Shown: positions 36,275-45,555 of the stretch, in pieces | How the letters are laid out: each line of letters opens with the position of its first letter | How positions within the stretch are numbered: position 1 is the first letter of the stretch | Assembly: GCA_943353165.1 (NCBI GenBank) | Contig: CALRAM010000001.1 | Location: 173,803-237,802, forward strand | Source: an uncultured Candidatus Saccharimonas sp. | Lineage (GTDB): Bacteria > Patescibacteriota > Saccharimonadia > Saccharimonadales > OMJO01 | Reading direction: 5' to 3' | DNA: 64,000 nucleotides | Notes under the pieces: generated by a model | Database searches by the model: none | Told to the model about the DNA's origin: nothing | What the model saw: only the letters and a program-made list of their open reading frames with translations | Made by a program: the position numbers and the translations under genes

Positions 36275-37615
36275 ATGGCTACGCAAATTACCAGCCCTAT
36301 AATTATCGGAATTGCCGTACAATCGGGCAGCCTGTTAATCGGTGCAGTATTAATGTTTTTGGTAATTGCTCCAGTTGCTGTGTTTTTTGTCTTAAAATCT
36401 CGCAAAAATACAAATAAAAGCGTTCAGGGCAGTAAACACGATGCCCAAACAGAAAAAGTAAAATCCGACATCGTGCTGGCGGCCATTGACGATGGAGTAA
36501 TAGTCATAAACAGCGACCAGACTATTTCGGTATTTAACAAAGGAGCGTCACAAATAACTGGCTGGTCTGCCGAAGAAGCCGAAAAGTTAGTATACAAATC
36601 CGTCATAAAACTATTGGACGATAAGGGTGTTGTCTATACCGAAGAAGCCGACCCATTCCAAAAAGTTTTTCAATCCAAACTACCATTTCGCGACAACACT
36701 GCAGTTCTGGCTACAAAGGCTGGCAAACAGGTTCCAATTCACTTGTCTGTTTCTCCATTGATCGACACAAATAGTAGCGTATCTTCAGTAGTTGGTGTTT
36801 TTCGGGATGTAACGCAGGAGCGTGCCAGAGAAATACAAAGAGACGAATTTATCAGCACAGCCAGCCACGAGATGCGCACACCAGTAGCTGCCATAGAAGG
36901 CTACCTAGCGCTAGCCCTAAACGACCATGTTTCGACCATAGACCAAAAAGCTAGGCAATATCTAGAAAAAGCCCACACTAGCACTCAACATCTGGGCAAG
37001 CTTTTTCAGGACCTGCTAACCAGCTCAAAAGCCGAAGACGGCAGACTCGCCCAACACGTACAAGTAGTAGAGCTGGGAAGTTTCTTGTCCAAAATGTCTG
37101 ACAGCCTAAAGCTTGCAGCCGAAAAAAAGAGCTTGATAACGGAATATATTGTGGGTTCAAACAAATCACACGAAACAGACGGCGCTGGCAAAGTTATTTC
37201 GCCACTGTACTATGTCATGATTGACCCGGACAGGCTCCAAGAAGTCGTAACAAACCTGTTCGACAATGCTGTAAAATACACAGTAACAGGCAAGGTAACC
37301 ATCGGTCTAACTGGCGATGATAATGTTGTTCAGTTTTATATAAAAGACACTGGAGCTGGCATTGCAACAGAAGACGCCCAGCACTTGTTCCAGAAATTTT
37401 ATAGACTGGACAATTCTGCCACTCGAAGTATTGGTGGCACTGGGTTGGGACTATTTATTTCTCGTAAAATTATAGAATTAAACAAAGGCCGTATTTGGGT
37501 AGAAAGCGAACTCGACAAGGGCAGCACATTCTACGTAAACTTGCCCAGAATTGATTCAAAAAAAGCTATACAGCTACAGGAGAAAAACAATGCGTCACAG
37601 CCAATCAATATATGA
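36275..37615 (+). CDS. PAS-domain sensor histidine kinase
   Basis: The track start TTG 36260 lies inside the terminator stem, so I prefer ATG 36275. One or two TM helices and a PAS-like segment. H-box ASHEMRTPVAAI. NLFDNAVKYT, DTGAGI, GGTGLGLFISR. Confidence 0.88.
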   Translation: MATQITSPIIIGIAVQSGSLLIGAVLMFLVIAPVAVFFVLKSRKNTNKSVQGSKHDAQTEKVKSDIVLAAIDDGVIVINSDQTISVFNKGASQITGWSAEEAEKLVYKSVIKLLDDKGVVYTEEADPFQKVFQSKLPFRDNTAVLATKAGKQVPIHLSVSPLIDTNSSVSSVVGVFRDVTQERAREIQRDEFISTASHEMRTPVAAIEGYLALALNDHVSTIDQKARQYLEKAHTSTQHLGKLFQDLLTSSKAEDGRLAQHVQVVELGSFLSKMSDSLKLAAEKKSLITEYIVGSNKSHETDGAGKVISPLYYVMIDPDRLQEVVTNLFDNAVKYTVTGKVTIGLTGDDNVVQFYIKDTGAGIATEDAQHLFQKFYRLDNSATRSIGGTGLGLFISRKIIELNKGRIWVESELDKGSTFYVNLPRIDSKKAIQLQEKNNASQPINI

Positions 37616-37659
37616 TACAATATGCTTAAATAACATAAGCACTAAAAGGTAACACACCA

Positions 37660-38577
37660 ATGTCAAAAATAATGTTAGTAGAAGACGATGATAACCTCCG
37701 CGAAATATACGAGGCAAGGTTGCTGGCAGAAGGCTATGAAATTGTCAGTGCCAGAGACGGAGAGGAAGCCTTGGCCATAGCCGTAAGGGAAAAACCTGAC
37801 CTCATAATTGCAGACGTAATGATGCCCAAAATTAGTGGCTTTGATATGCTAGATATACTGCGCAGCACACCAACTACAAAGGACGTAAAAGTCATAATGA
37901 TGACAGCTCTTTCGCAGGCCGAAGACAAAGACCGGGCTGAAAAACTTGGCGCCGATCGATATCTTGTAAAATCTCAGGTAACCCTGGAAGACGTAGCCAG
38001 AGTAACCGGAGAAGTTCTCCAGGGGAATGCACCGGCAGCCACACCGGCAGAACCAAACACAATGGCGGTAGCGGATACATCGGTAGCAATGGCTCCAATC
38101 ACTCAATCTATGCCAGTAGCCACTGAACCCACTCCAGTTATTATAAATACACAGCCGGCCCCGGCTAGCTCAGAAACCACTATTGAACAACCCGCAGTAG
38201 CACCTCCAGAACCAGAACACGCACCTGTAAACGAACCTATAAAAATAAATGTTTCGTCAGATACAACGGCGGCCGAACCAACGACTATAGCACCCACACA
38301 GCAACCCCCAGCCCAAGACACAGCCGGCTACGCACCTACAGTTGGTGGTCCAGACCATTTAAAAAGTCTGGGAGACGATTCGCCAGTGTCTAACAAAAAA
38401 ATCATTCAACCCATACACGACCTTAGCCAAAAACCAGATATTCACAGATTGTTGGACATGGAGGGGCCTGGAAACATTTCCGTGCCTAGCGCACCCACAG
38501 ATACCATCATTTCCCCAACAGGCGAGATTTCCGCGTCCCCTGATTCTGCAGTAGACCCCAACTCTGTGGCACTTTGA
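37660..38577 (+). CDS. Response regulator receiver domain + ~180-aa Pro/Ala/Thr/Gln-rich tail (no recognisable output domain)
   Basis: MLVEDDDNL, DLIIADVMMP, MMTAL, YLVKS. Residues from about 125 to 305 are low complexity (PAATPAEPNT...PTPVIINTQPAPASS...). Confidence 0.8.
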   Translation: MSKIMLVEDDDNLREIYEARLLAEGYEIVSARDGEEALAIAVREKPDLIIADVMMPKISGFDMLDILRSTPTTKDVKVIMMTALSQAEDKDRAEKLGADRYLVKSQVTLEDVARVTGEVLQGNAPAATPAEPNTMAVADTSVAMAPITQSMPVATEPTPVIINTQPAPASSETTIEQPAVAPPEPEHAPVNEPIKINVSSDTTAAEPTTIAPTQQPPAQDTAGYAPTVGGPDHLKSLGDDSPVSNKKIIQPIHDLSQKPDIHRLLDMEGPGNISVPSAPTDTIISPTGEISASPDSAVDPNSVAL

Positions 38578-38642
38578 CAAAGCTTTATCTCGTAGCGTAA
38601 CAATTTCTATAAATACAAAGCTAATACCCTATAATTAATATT

Positions 38643-39299
38643 ATGAGAATAAATAAGTACATTGCACTGGCGACTGGGATGAGCCGACGGGCAGCCGACA
38701 GCATTCTTGGTCACGGGCGTGTGCGCGTCAACGGACAAACACCTTTGCCTGGATATGATGTTCAAGGAGAAGAAAAAGTTACCCTAGACGGCAAAACCAT
38801 AACTATAGATGTTCAGCTAACCACAATCATGCTAAACAAACGCATAGGTTTTGTGTCTAGCCGTGATGGGCAAGGAGACAAAACCATCTACAATCTAATA
38901 CCAGAAAATTTGCATCACCTAAAACCAGTTGGACGATTGGACAAATATTCATCTGGACTTTTGCTAATGACAAACGATGGCAAGATGGCCCATGAGCTGA
39001 CGCACCCTTCATTTCAAAAACAAAAAGTCTACGAAGTAGAACTGAGTAAAGAACTAATGCCAGAACACAGGCAAATCATACAAAACAAGGGCGTTTTACT
39101 AGATGATGGACCCAGCCATTTTACTATTCAGCCAGCAAAAGACGGCAAAACCTGGAAAATAAGTCTAAAAGAAGGCAGAAATCGTCAAATTCGCAGAACC
39201 TTTGAAGCACTTGGCTACGGAGTTACGCGTCTGCACCGCGTACAATTTGGACCTTATCAGCTCGGAAGTCTAGCGCCTGGCGAATACAAAAACATTTAA
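38643..39299 (+). CDS. Pseudouridine synthase, RsuA/RluB family
   Basis: N-terminal S4-like segment (RINKYIALATGMSRRAADSIL). Catalytic motif GRLDKYSSGLLLMTNDG. Also GRNRQIRR. Confidence 0.85.
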   Translation: MRINKYIALATGMSRRAADSILGHGRVRVNGQTPLPGYDVQGEEKVTLDGKTITIDVQLTTIMLNKRIGFVSSRDGQGDKTIYNLIPENLHHLKPVGRLDKYSSGLLLMTNDGKMAHELTHPSFQKQKVYEVELSKELMPEHRQIIQNKGVLLDDGPSHFTIQPAKDGKTWKISLKEGRNRQIRRTFEALGYGVTRLHRVQFGPYQLGSLAPGEYKNI

Positions 39300-39408
39300 A
39301 AAACAAAAAACAACGGTCATATGCTGTGTTAGAAAACAAAATGTGATATAATGCAATATCTAATGCGCCCACTAAATAACACCAACCCAGAAAGTTAACA
39401 ATAAACCC

Positions 39409-40764
39409 ATGGCCAACAAGAAATTACCCATAATAGCTATCGTAGGCAGAGCCAATGTAGGCAAATCTAGTCTATTCAATGCCATTTTGGAACGCAGAGA
39501 AGCAATAGTGGCCCGCGAAGCAGGCACCACCAGAGACAGTATCAGCGCAAAAGCTAGTTACGAAGGCCAAGATTTTTGGATTGTAGACACAGCTGGTATC
39601 AAAACTGCCGAAGATGACTTTGAATTTACAATTCAGGAACAGATAATACAAGCAGCCGACAGTGCTGATGTAATATGGGTAGTCATAGAAGCCGATATCC
39701 CAATAGGAGACGAAGACCGACGAGTAGCCAAACTGGCTCTCAAAACAGGCAAACCTGTTTATTTAGTAGTAAACAAGCACGACAAAACACCAAAAGCTAT
39801 TCCTGAGGAATATCAACGCTTGGGTATAAAACCCATAATGATGACTAGTACGACCCAAAATCGCGGAATAGACGAACTCTTGAATATTTTAGTAAAGAAC
39901 ATTCCCAAAGCGACACTAACCGAAGACGACGACCGCATAAGAGTCGCACTACTTGGACGACCAAATGTTGGCAAATCATATTTATTCAACACCCTTAGCA
40001 AGAAGCAGCAAGCCATAGTAGCCGACAGGGCAGGAACAACCAGAGACATAAACCGCAGCGTAGTAAAATTCCAGGGCAGAGAAATAGAATTGATGGACAC
40101 AGCAGGAATTAGACGAAACGGCAAAATAGAAAAAGGCATAGAAAAGTTTAGTGTTTTGCGAAGCCTATACGCCATAGAACAAGCCGATGTCTGTCTGATG
40201 GTAATGGACGTAAACGAGCTAAATGTAGCCCTGGACCAAAAAATAGCGGGCATGGTCAAAGAGGCTGGCAAAGGCCTAATCTTGGTTGTTAGCAAGTGGG
40301 ATTCTGTAGATGAAAAAACTGCATTTACTAGAGATGAATTGGTGCCAAAAATAAAATATAACTTTTTGTTTGCACCTTGGGCTTCATTGGTTTTTACTAG
40401 CTCTGTAACCGGCCAAAATGTTACAAAGATTTTTGATCTTGTTCTGGACATCATGAACGAAAGAAGCAAAATTATAAAAACTACTGAGCTAAACCAATGG
40501 CTCCGAAACACAGTAGACAAACACCCGCCGGCCGGTCTAAAAAATCGTAACCCCAAACTAAACTACATTGTCCAAGAAAATGACAACCCTATCCCTAGCT
40601 TTAAAGTCTTTGGAGCACACACAAAGTTTCTACACTGGAGCTACAAAAGATTCATGGAGAGGGAACTACGAGAAAAATTTAGTTATGCGGGCAGCCCCAT
40701 AAAGTTCTGGTTTATAGAAAAACATGTTACCCACAAACATGGCACAAAACCCGCTACTGATTAA
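39409..40764 (+). CDS. der: Ribosome-associated GTPase Der/EngA
   Basis: Two tandem G domains (GRANVGKSS...DTAG; GRPNVGKSY...DTAG...SKWD) plus a KH-like C-terminus. Confidence 0.92.
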   Translation: MANKKLPIIAIVGRANVGKSSLFNAILERREAIVAREAGTTRDSISAKASYEGQDFWIVDTAGIKTAEDDFEFTIQEQIIQAADSADVIWVVIEADIPIGDEDRRVAKLALKTGKPVYLVVNKHDKTPKAIPEEYQRLGIKPIMMTSTTQNRGIDELLNILVKNIPKATLTEDDDRIRVALLGRPNVGKSYLFNTLSKKQQAIVADRAGTTRDINRSVVKFQGREIELMDTAGIRRNGKIEKGIEKFSVLRSLYAIEQADVCLMVMDVNELNVALDQKIAGMVKEAGKGLILVVSKWDSVDEKTAFTRDELVPKIKYNFLFAPWASLVFTSSVTGQNVTKIFDLVLDIMNERSKIIKTTELNQWLRNTVDKHPPAGLKNRNPKLNYIVQENDNPIPSFKVFGAHTKFLHWSYKRFMERELREKFSYAGSPIKFWFIEKHVTHKHGTKPATD

Positions 40765-40819
40765 ACCTCAGCCAAGCCTAACTTTATACTTTACAGTTTC
40801 TAGATTATACTAAAACCCA

Positions 40820-41455
40820 ATGGGTCTATTTCAAAAAAAGCCACAAGTCAGCAATAGCGCGCCTTTATATACTCTGGGTCTCCAAAAAACCTTTCTGGTT
40901 GTCGGTTTGGGGAATATTGGCAAACGCTACGATAATACTAGGCACAATATCGGATTTGCAGCTGTAGACTATTTCATAACACAACAATCTATGAGCAATT
41001 GGATAGAAAAAAAAGACCTAAAATGCCACCTAACCGCTGGAACAATAGGTAGCACTCGTGTCATAGTCATAAAGCCGACTACTTTCATGAACCTCAGTGG
41101 AGAAGCTGTGCAGGCAACAGCACATTTCTACAAAATAAAACCAGAACAAATCATAGTAGTTCACGACGAACTAGACCTAGATTTTGGGCAAATTAGGGTG
41201 CGCGTAGGCGGTAGCAGTGCCGGACACAACGGCGTTCAGTCGATTATAAACATTGTGGGCGATAATTTTGGAAGACTACGGATTGGCGTTAATAACATCA
41301 ATTCTAACGAATATGATGGAAAAGATTTTGTACTATCAAAATTTAACGATGTCGAGAAGCCGAACATAAAAACCCTGCTCAAAGAAGTAAATTCGATAAT
41401 AATAGAATGTATAGCAGGGGACAATCTGTCCCACGAAACCCGCAGTTTTTTATAG
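40820..41455 (+). CDS. pth: Peptidyl-tRNA hydrolase
   Basis: GLGNIGKRYDNTRHNIGF, MNLSGEAV and GGSSAGHNG motifs. Confidence 0.9.
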   Translation: MGLFQKKPQVSNSAPLYTLGLQKTFLVVGLGNIGKRYDNTRHNIGFAAVDYFITQQSMSNWIEKKDLKCHLTAGTIGSTRVIVIKPTTFMNLSGEAVQATAHFYKIKPEQIIVVHDELDLDFGQIRVRVGGSSAGHNGVQSIINIVGDNFGRLRIGVNNINSNEYDGKDFVLSKFNDVEKPNIKTLLKEVNSIIIECIAGDNLSHETRSFL

Positions 41456-41621
41456 GTTTCAAAAACGCTATTATTTGGATATTTTTGGCATTAAATAAAA
41501 AAAACCTCCAGAGGGTGAGACCCGCCTGTGGCGGGTTGCAAGGCCGGAGCCACGACGGTGGTGAGGTGTGGCTAGCCAAATTCTCAGCAGAAAATTATGG
41601 GTAGCTGGGCACATGTCTATA

Positions 41622-42026
41622 CCAAACAAAAAGAGTCACAAGAGGGGGTGGGCACCGCTTGTGACTCTTTTTGCCCACGAACTAGTCACGGGCTAAAAAC
41701 ACCCTTCAAGCCCACCCAGCGAAGCATCAATCACCTGAAAAATACAGTGTTGTGCCTCCGTCTTGCGACGGTAATCTTTTGGACTCGCTCTATTTAGGCA
41801 CTCACAAAAGTGAGTAGCCACCACTAGTTCCGAAGAACTAATGGGGTGTCTTAAAGGGGTTAGTTTGTCTTAGAACGCCGCCCTGTCAAGCAGGGTAGCT
41901 AGCAAAGTGGAGGGTAACAACTCAGTAGCACGCTCTAAAACAATCTAACAATAATGTTCTCTGTTTAGAGAGAACTGCTAGAATGGGGGTATAAGGTACA
42001 ATAAATTCCATATAGGAACTTACGGA
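41622..42026 (-). ncRNA. Candidate ~400-nt structured RNA of unrecognised class
   Basis: Near-consensus promoter upstream. On the minus strand there is a 10-bp stem with a C(UUCG)G tetraloop (41821-44), a GCAA GNRA hairpin (41758-71), further hairpins at 41797-819, 41881-95 and 41956-75, and a 3' terminator at 41632-68. Several pairs are G-U only on the minus strand (for example 41824/41841 and the 41673-93 stem). No ORF is present. Confidence 0.55.
41632..41672. terminator. Bidirectional intrinsic terminator (11-bp stem)
   Basis: AGAGTCACAAG (41632-42) pairs with CTTGTGACTCT (41658-68). It is flanked by an A-run on the left and a T-run on the right, so it has a U-tract on either strand. Confidence 0.75.
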
Positions 42027-42031
42027 TTGCT

Positions 42032-42060
42032 ATAATAGCAAATATATTACATTATGTCAA
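42032..42060 (-). promoter_or_regulatory. Sigma-70-like promoter driving the minus-strand RNA
   Basis: On the minus strand: TTGACA (42060-42055), 17-nt spacer, TATTAT (42037-42032). Confidence 0.55.
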
Positions 42061-42079
42061 TACCAAACAAGGATTATCA

Positions 42080-42937
42080 ATGAAAGTCAACATGCTAAAG
42101 CTTTCGGACAGTTTGCTGCCAAAAGATTTTAGGCACATAGCTCAGCCACCAAGCCAGTTATTTTACAGAGGCAGTTTGGACGGTTTTGCTAATCGTCCAA
42201 GGTTGGCGGTAGTAGGTAGTCGCCGAGCATCCCCTTATGGTATGGCAGTAACCACCAAGCTAGTTAGCGAATTAGCTAGACAAGGCGTCGTTATAGTCAG
42301 TGGCCTGGCTCTGGGCATTGACAGTATCGCTCACAAGGCAGCACTAGATAGCGGAGGAACTACCGTGGCAGTATTGGCGTGCGGAGTAGACCGTATCTAT
42401 CCTGCCAGCCATACAGCACTGGGCAATCAAATATTATCCAACGGAGGGGCCCTGATTAGCGAGTATCCAGAAGGCACAGAGCCTCTACCGTTTCAGTTTA
42501 TTGCTCGTAATCGCATCATATCGGGTCTCAGCGACGCAGTATTGGTCACAGAAGCCGCCGAAAAGAGCGGTAGCCTACATACGGCCAATTTTGCCCTAGA
42601 TCAAGGCAGAACGGTTCTGGCGGTGCCTGGAAACATAAATAGTCCCTACAGTGTAGGCACAAACAACCTGATAAAGTCAGGCGCCTTAACAGTAACCAAC
42701 TCCAAAGATATTTTGTTGGCTCTGGGACTTGATCCAGAAGAACCGTTGCCAGTAGCTGTTGCAGCCAATAACGAGGAAGCGCTGATACTAAACTTGCTCC
42801 AAAAAGGAATAACTGATTCTGCGCAACTGATGGCCAACAGCAAACTAGATGCCGTAACTTTTAACCAAACCCTGACAATGTTGGAAATTACTGGCAAAAT
42901 ACGTCCATTAGGAGCAGGACACTGGACAAACAAATAG
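42080..42937 (+). CDS. dprA: DNA processing protein DprA
   Basis: Rossmann-like DprA core: VVGSRRASPYG, SGLALGIDSIAHKAAL, GVDRIYP, NRIISGLS. Confidence 0.88.
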   Translation: MKVNMLKLSDSLLPKDFRHIAQPPSQLFYRGSLDGFANRPRLAVVGSRRASPYGMAVTTKLVSELARQGVVIVSGLALGIDSIAHKAALDSGGTTVAVLACGVDRIYPASHTALGNQILSNGGALISEYPEGTEPLPFQFIARNRIISGLSDAVLVTEAAEKSGSLHTANFALDQGRTVLAVPGNINSPYSVGTNNLIKSGALTVTNSKDILLALGLDPEEPLPVAVAANNEEALILNLLQKGITDSAQLMANSKLDAVTFNQTLTMLEITGKIRPLGAGHWTNK

Positions 42938-43061
42938 CCACCGAAACTCCTGCAAAAAAGCTCGTCAAAAGATATATAACTTGCAGCAAATCCACTTTTA
43001 GCGTAGGCTAGACTTTTGTCACCAATAATTAACAAGCATAAGTAAGGTATACTGGTCTGTA

Positions 43062-45371
43062 ATGAGCAAAAATCTGGTCATAGTTGAATCCCCAGCAAAA
43101 GCCAAAACAATAGAAAAGTATCTAGGCACAGACTTTAAAGTACTTTCTAGCATTGGCCATATCCGTTCGATTGCAAAGAAAAACAAAGATGGCAGCGACC
43201 CGATAGATATATCGGCTGGCTTCAAAACAACCTATGAAATAGATCCAGAAAAGAAAAAAACTATTACAGAGCTCAAAAAAGCTTCAGCAGGCAAAGAAGT
43301 GTGGTTGGCAACTGATGAAGACCGCGAAGGGGAAGGTATTGCCTGGCATTTATGCGAAGTTCTAAAATTAGACCCCACAAAAACAAAACGAATAGTTTTC
43401 CATGAAATCACCAAAGACGCCATTGAAGCCGCGGTAAAGAACCCTCGCACACTAGACATGGATCTAGTCAGAGCTCAGCAGGCCAGGCAAATACTCGACA
43501 GAATAGTCGGCTTTGAGCTATCGCCCGTTGTATGGCAAAAAGTACCAGGTGGAAAATCTGCTGGACGAGTGCAATCGCCGGCCGTTAGATTGCTGGTGGA
43601 GAAGGAAAGAGAAATAGAATCCTTTGAAGGTGCTACATCGTTCAAAGTAACAGCCGAATTCCTCTGTGATGGCCTAGCCATAAAATCAGAGTTACCGACC
43701 AAATTTGACACCGAAGCAAAAGCAAAAGCATTTTTAGAGAGCCTAATTGGATCCACTTTTACTATTTCTAGTGTTGCAACTAGTCCCAGTATTCGCAACC
43801 CTGGTCCGCCATTTACAACTAGTACCCTGCAACAAGAAGCAAACAGCCGTTTGGGGTTTAGCGCAAAAGCCACTATGTCGTCAGCCCAAAAGCTATACCA
43901 GGAGGGCAAGATCACCTATATGAGAACTGATTCCGTAAACCTCAGCACTCAAGCCCTAGGTCAAATGACAAACTACATTAAAAGCCAATATGGCGACAAA
44001 TACCATCAGCTGAGAACATTCAAAACAAAATCTGGAAACGCTCAGGAAGCCCACGAAGCCATCAGACCGACAGATGTAGCAACAGAATTTGCCAGTAGTG
44101 ACAGCTATAACCAAAAATTATACGAACTAATCCGAAGTCGAACACTAGCCAGCCAAATGTCTCCGGCTAAACTAGAAAAAACGCTTATTACCATAAACAT
44201 TTCTGGCAATAAAGAAGTTTTGCAGGCCAAAGGCGAAATAATACTATTTGATGGCTTTTTGAAAGTTTATGGTGGCAACAAAAAAGATGACGACATACTA
44301 CCGCCTGTCAAAGCCAACGACATACTTAAACTGAGCGTAGCAAGTGCCCGTCAAATTTTTACTCGTCCACCTGCTAGGTACACAGAAGGAAGCTTAGTAA
44401 AAAAACTGGAAGACCTAGGAATTGGCAGGCCGTCAACTTACGCCACTATCATAAATACAGTTCAAGTCAGGGGTTACGCCCTAAAAGGCGAAAACGAAGG
44501 AACTCCCAGAGATATAATCGTAATAAGCCTAGTAAATGAAAAGCTAAGCAGGGAAGTGGTCCAGGAAAAAACAGGGTCAGACAGGGGCAAGCTAATACCA
44601 ACGCCCAGCGGACAGGTACTCAGCGACTTTCTGACAGATTATTTCGGCAAGGTAGTTGACTATGGATTTACAGCAAAAGTAGAAGAAGAATTTGACCAAG
44701 TTGCAGATGGAAAACTAGAACGAAACACTATGCTAAAAAACTTTTATACTCCTTTTCACGAACTCATAGAAAAATCAGTAGATATAAAACGAAGCGATGT
44801 AGCCCAGTCCAGAGAAATCGGAATTGACCCAAAATCTAAAAAGCCAATCCTAGCCCGGTTCGGCAGATACGGTCCAATGCTACAACTAGGACTAACAGAA
44901 GATGAAACCGACAAGCCAAAATTTGCAACAATGCCAAAAGGAGCAAAAATAGAAACAGTAACATTAGACCAAGCCCTAGAAATGTTCAAATTACCCAGAA
45001 TAGTAGGCCAAACAAATGACGGCAAAAATATAATGGCAAATGTTGGACGCTTCGGACCATATATACAAGTAGAAAAACTGTTCGTATCCATAAAGCCACA
45101 TGATCCACAATCCATTACAATCAAAGAAGCTTTGGATTTTTATGAAGCCAAACTAAAACAAGAATCAGAAAAGAATATAGCAGATTTTGGAGACGGATTA
45201 AAAGTTTTAAACGGCAGATACGGACCATACATTACGGATGGCAAAAAAAATGCCAAAATACCAAAAGGCACAAAACCGGAAAGCATAACCGCCGAAGAAG
45301 CCAAAAAATTACTAGCTGCCGCTCCAATCAAAGGCAAAAGATCATTTACCAAAAGAACTAAAAAAAAGTAG
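43062..45371 (+). CDS. topA: DNA topoisomerase I
   Basis: Toprim LVIVESPAKAKTIEKYLG and ATDEDREGE. Active-site region YMRTDS. The Lys-rich C-terminal domain has no obvious Cys4 zinc fingers. Confidence 0.93.
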   Translation: MSKNLVIVESPAKAKTIEKYLGTDFKVLSSIGHIRSIAKKNKDGSDPIDISAGFKTTYEIDPEKKKTITELKKASAGKEVWLATDEDREGEGIAWHLCEVLKLDPTKTKRIVFHEITKDAIEAAVKNPRTLDMDLVRAQQARQILDRIVGFELSPVVWQKVPGGKSAGRVQSPAVRLLVEKEREIESFEGATSFKVTAEFLCDGLAIKSELPTKFDTEAKAKAFLESLIGSTFTISSVATSPSIRNPGPPFTTSTLQQEANSRLGFSAKATMSSAQKLYQEGKITYMRTDSVNLSTQALGQMTNYIKSQYGDKYHQLRTFKTKSGNAQEAHEAIRPTDVATEFASSDSYNQKLYELIRSRTLASQMSPAKLEKTLITINISGNKEVLQAKGEIILFDGFLKVYGGNKKDDDILPPVKANDILKLSVASARQIFTRPPARYTEGSLVKKLEDLGIGRPSTYATIINTVQVRGYALKGENEGTPRDIIVISLVNEKLSREVVQEKTGSDRGKLIPTPSGQVLSDFLTDYFGKVVDYGFTAKVEEEFDQVADGKLERNTMLKNFYTPFHELIEKSVDIKRSDVAQSREIGIDPKSKKPILARFGRYGPMLQLGLTEDETDKPKFATMPKGAKIETVTLDQALEMFKLPRIVGQTNDGKNIMANVGRFGPYIQVEKLFVSIKPHDPQSITIKEALDFYEAKLKQESEKNIADFGDGLKVLNGRYGPYITDGKKNAKIPKGTKPESITAEEAKKLLAAAPIKGKRSFTKRTKKK

Positions 45372-45555
45372 CACTTATCCCCATTTTGCTATCCTGTCAC
45401 GTCAGTAGTGTAGTAATATTGTCATTCAATATTTGCGCATAAGACGCAATATCGTGCTACAATAAGTCACAGGGCAACATATATTGACTATTAATGATAT
45501 ATGTTATACAATAAGCAATAACAACTGCTACGGCAAATAAGGAAACTATAACGAC

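Noticed and set aside
39813-40556. Long antisense ORFs in the track: the 247 aa opposite der, and also 9238-9732, 16229-16753, 43475-43915, 42646-43035, 6351-6701, 7029-7382, 20041-20370 and 45546-45914.
   Set aside because: Each lies entirely inside a sense gene that has strong family motifs or a coherent domain architecture. Their translations are low-complexity, Ser/Phe/Leu-rich or Cys/Arg-rich 'shadow' sequences with no motifs. I treated them as non-coding.
41571-41606. A tmRNA-like tag reading frame on the plus strand (GCC AAA TTC TCA GCA GAA AAT TAT GGG TAG = AKFSAENYG*), reminiscent of ..ENYALAA tags.
   Set aside because: There is no tRNA-like domain anywhere in 41.4-42.1 kb on either strand: no 5' GGGG..GAUUCGAC, no GGUUCGA T-loop, and no acceptor/CCA end. 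The peptide also lacks the usual hydrophobic (L/V)AA end. It is most likely a coincidence inside a hairpin.
41456-42079. RNase P RNA or SRP (4.5S) RNA as the identity of the structured region, since the size fits RNase P.
   Set aside because: The universal RNase P motifs (GAGGAAAGUCC, ACAGAA..CGGCUUA) are absent on both strands. The closest match is GAGCGAGUCCAAAAG, with no complementary P4 strand. No SRP domain-IV pattern (..GGUCC-GNRA-GGAAGCAGC..) is present either.
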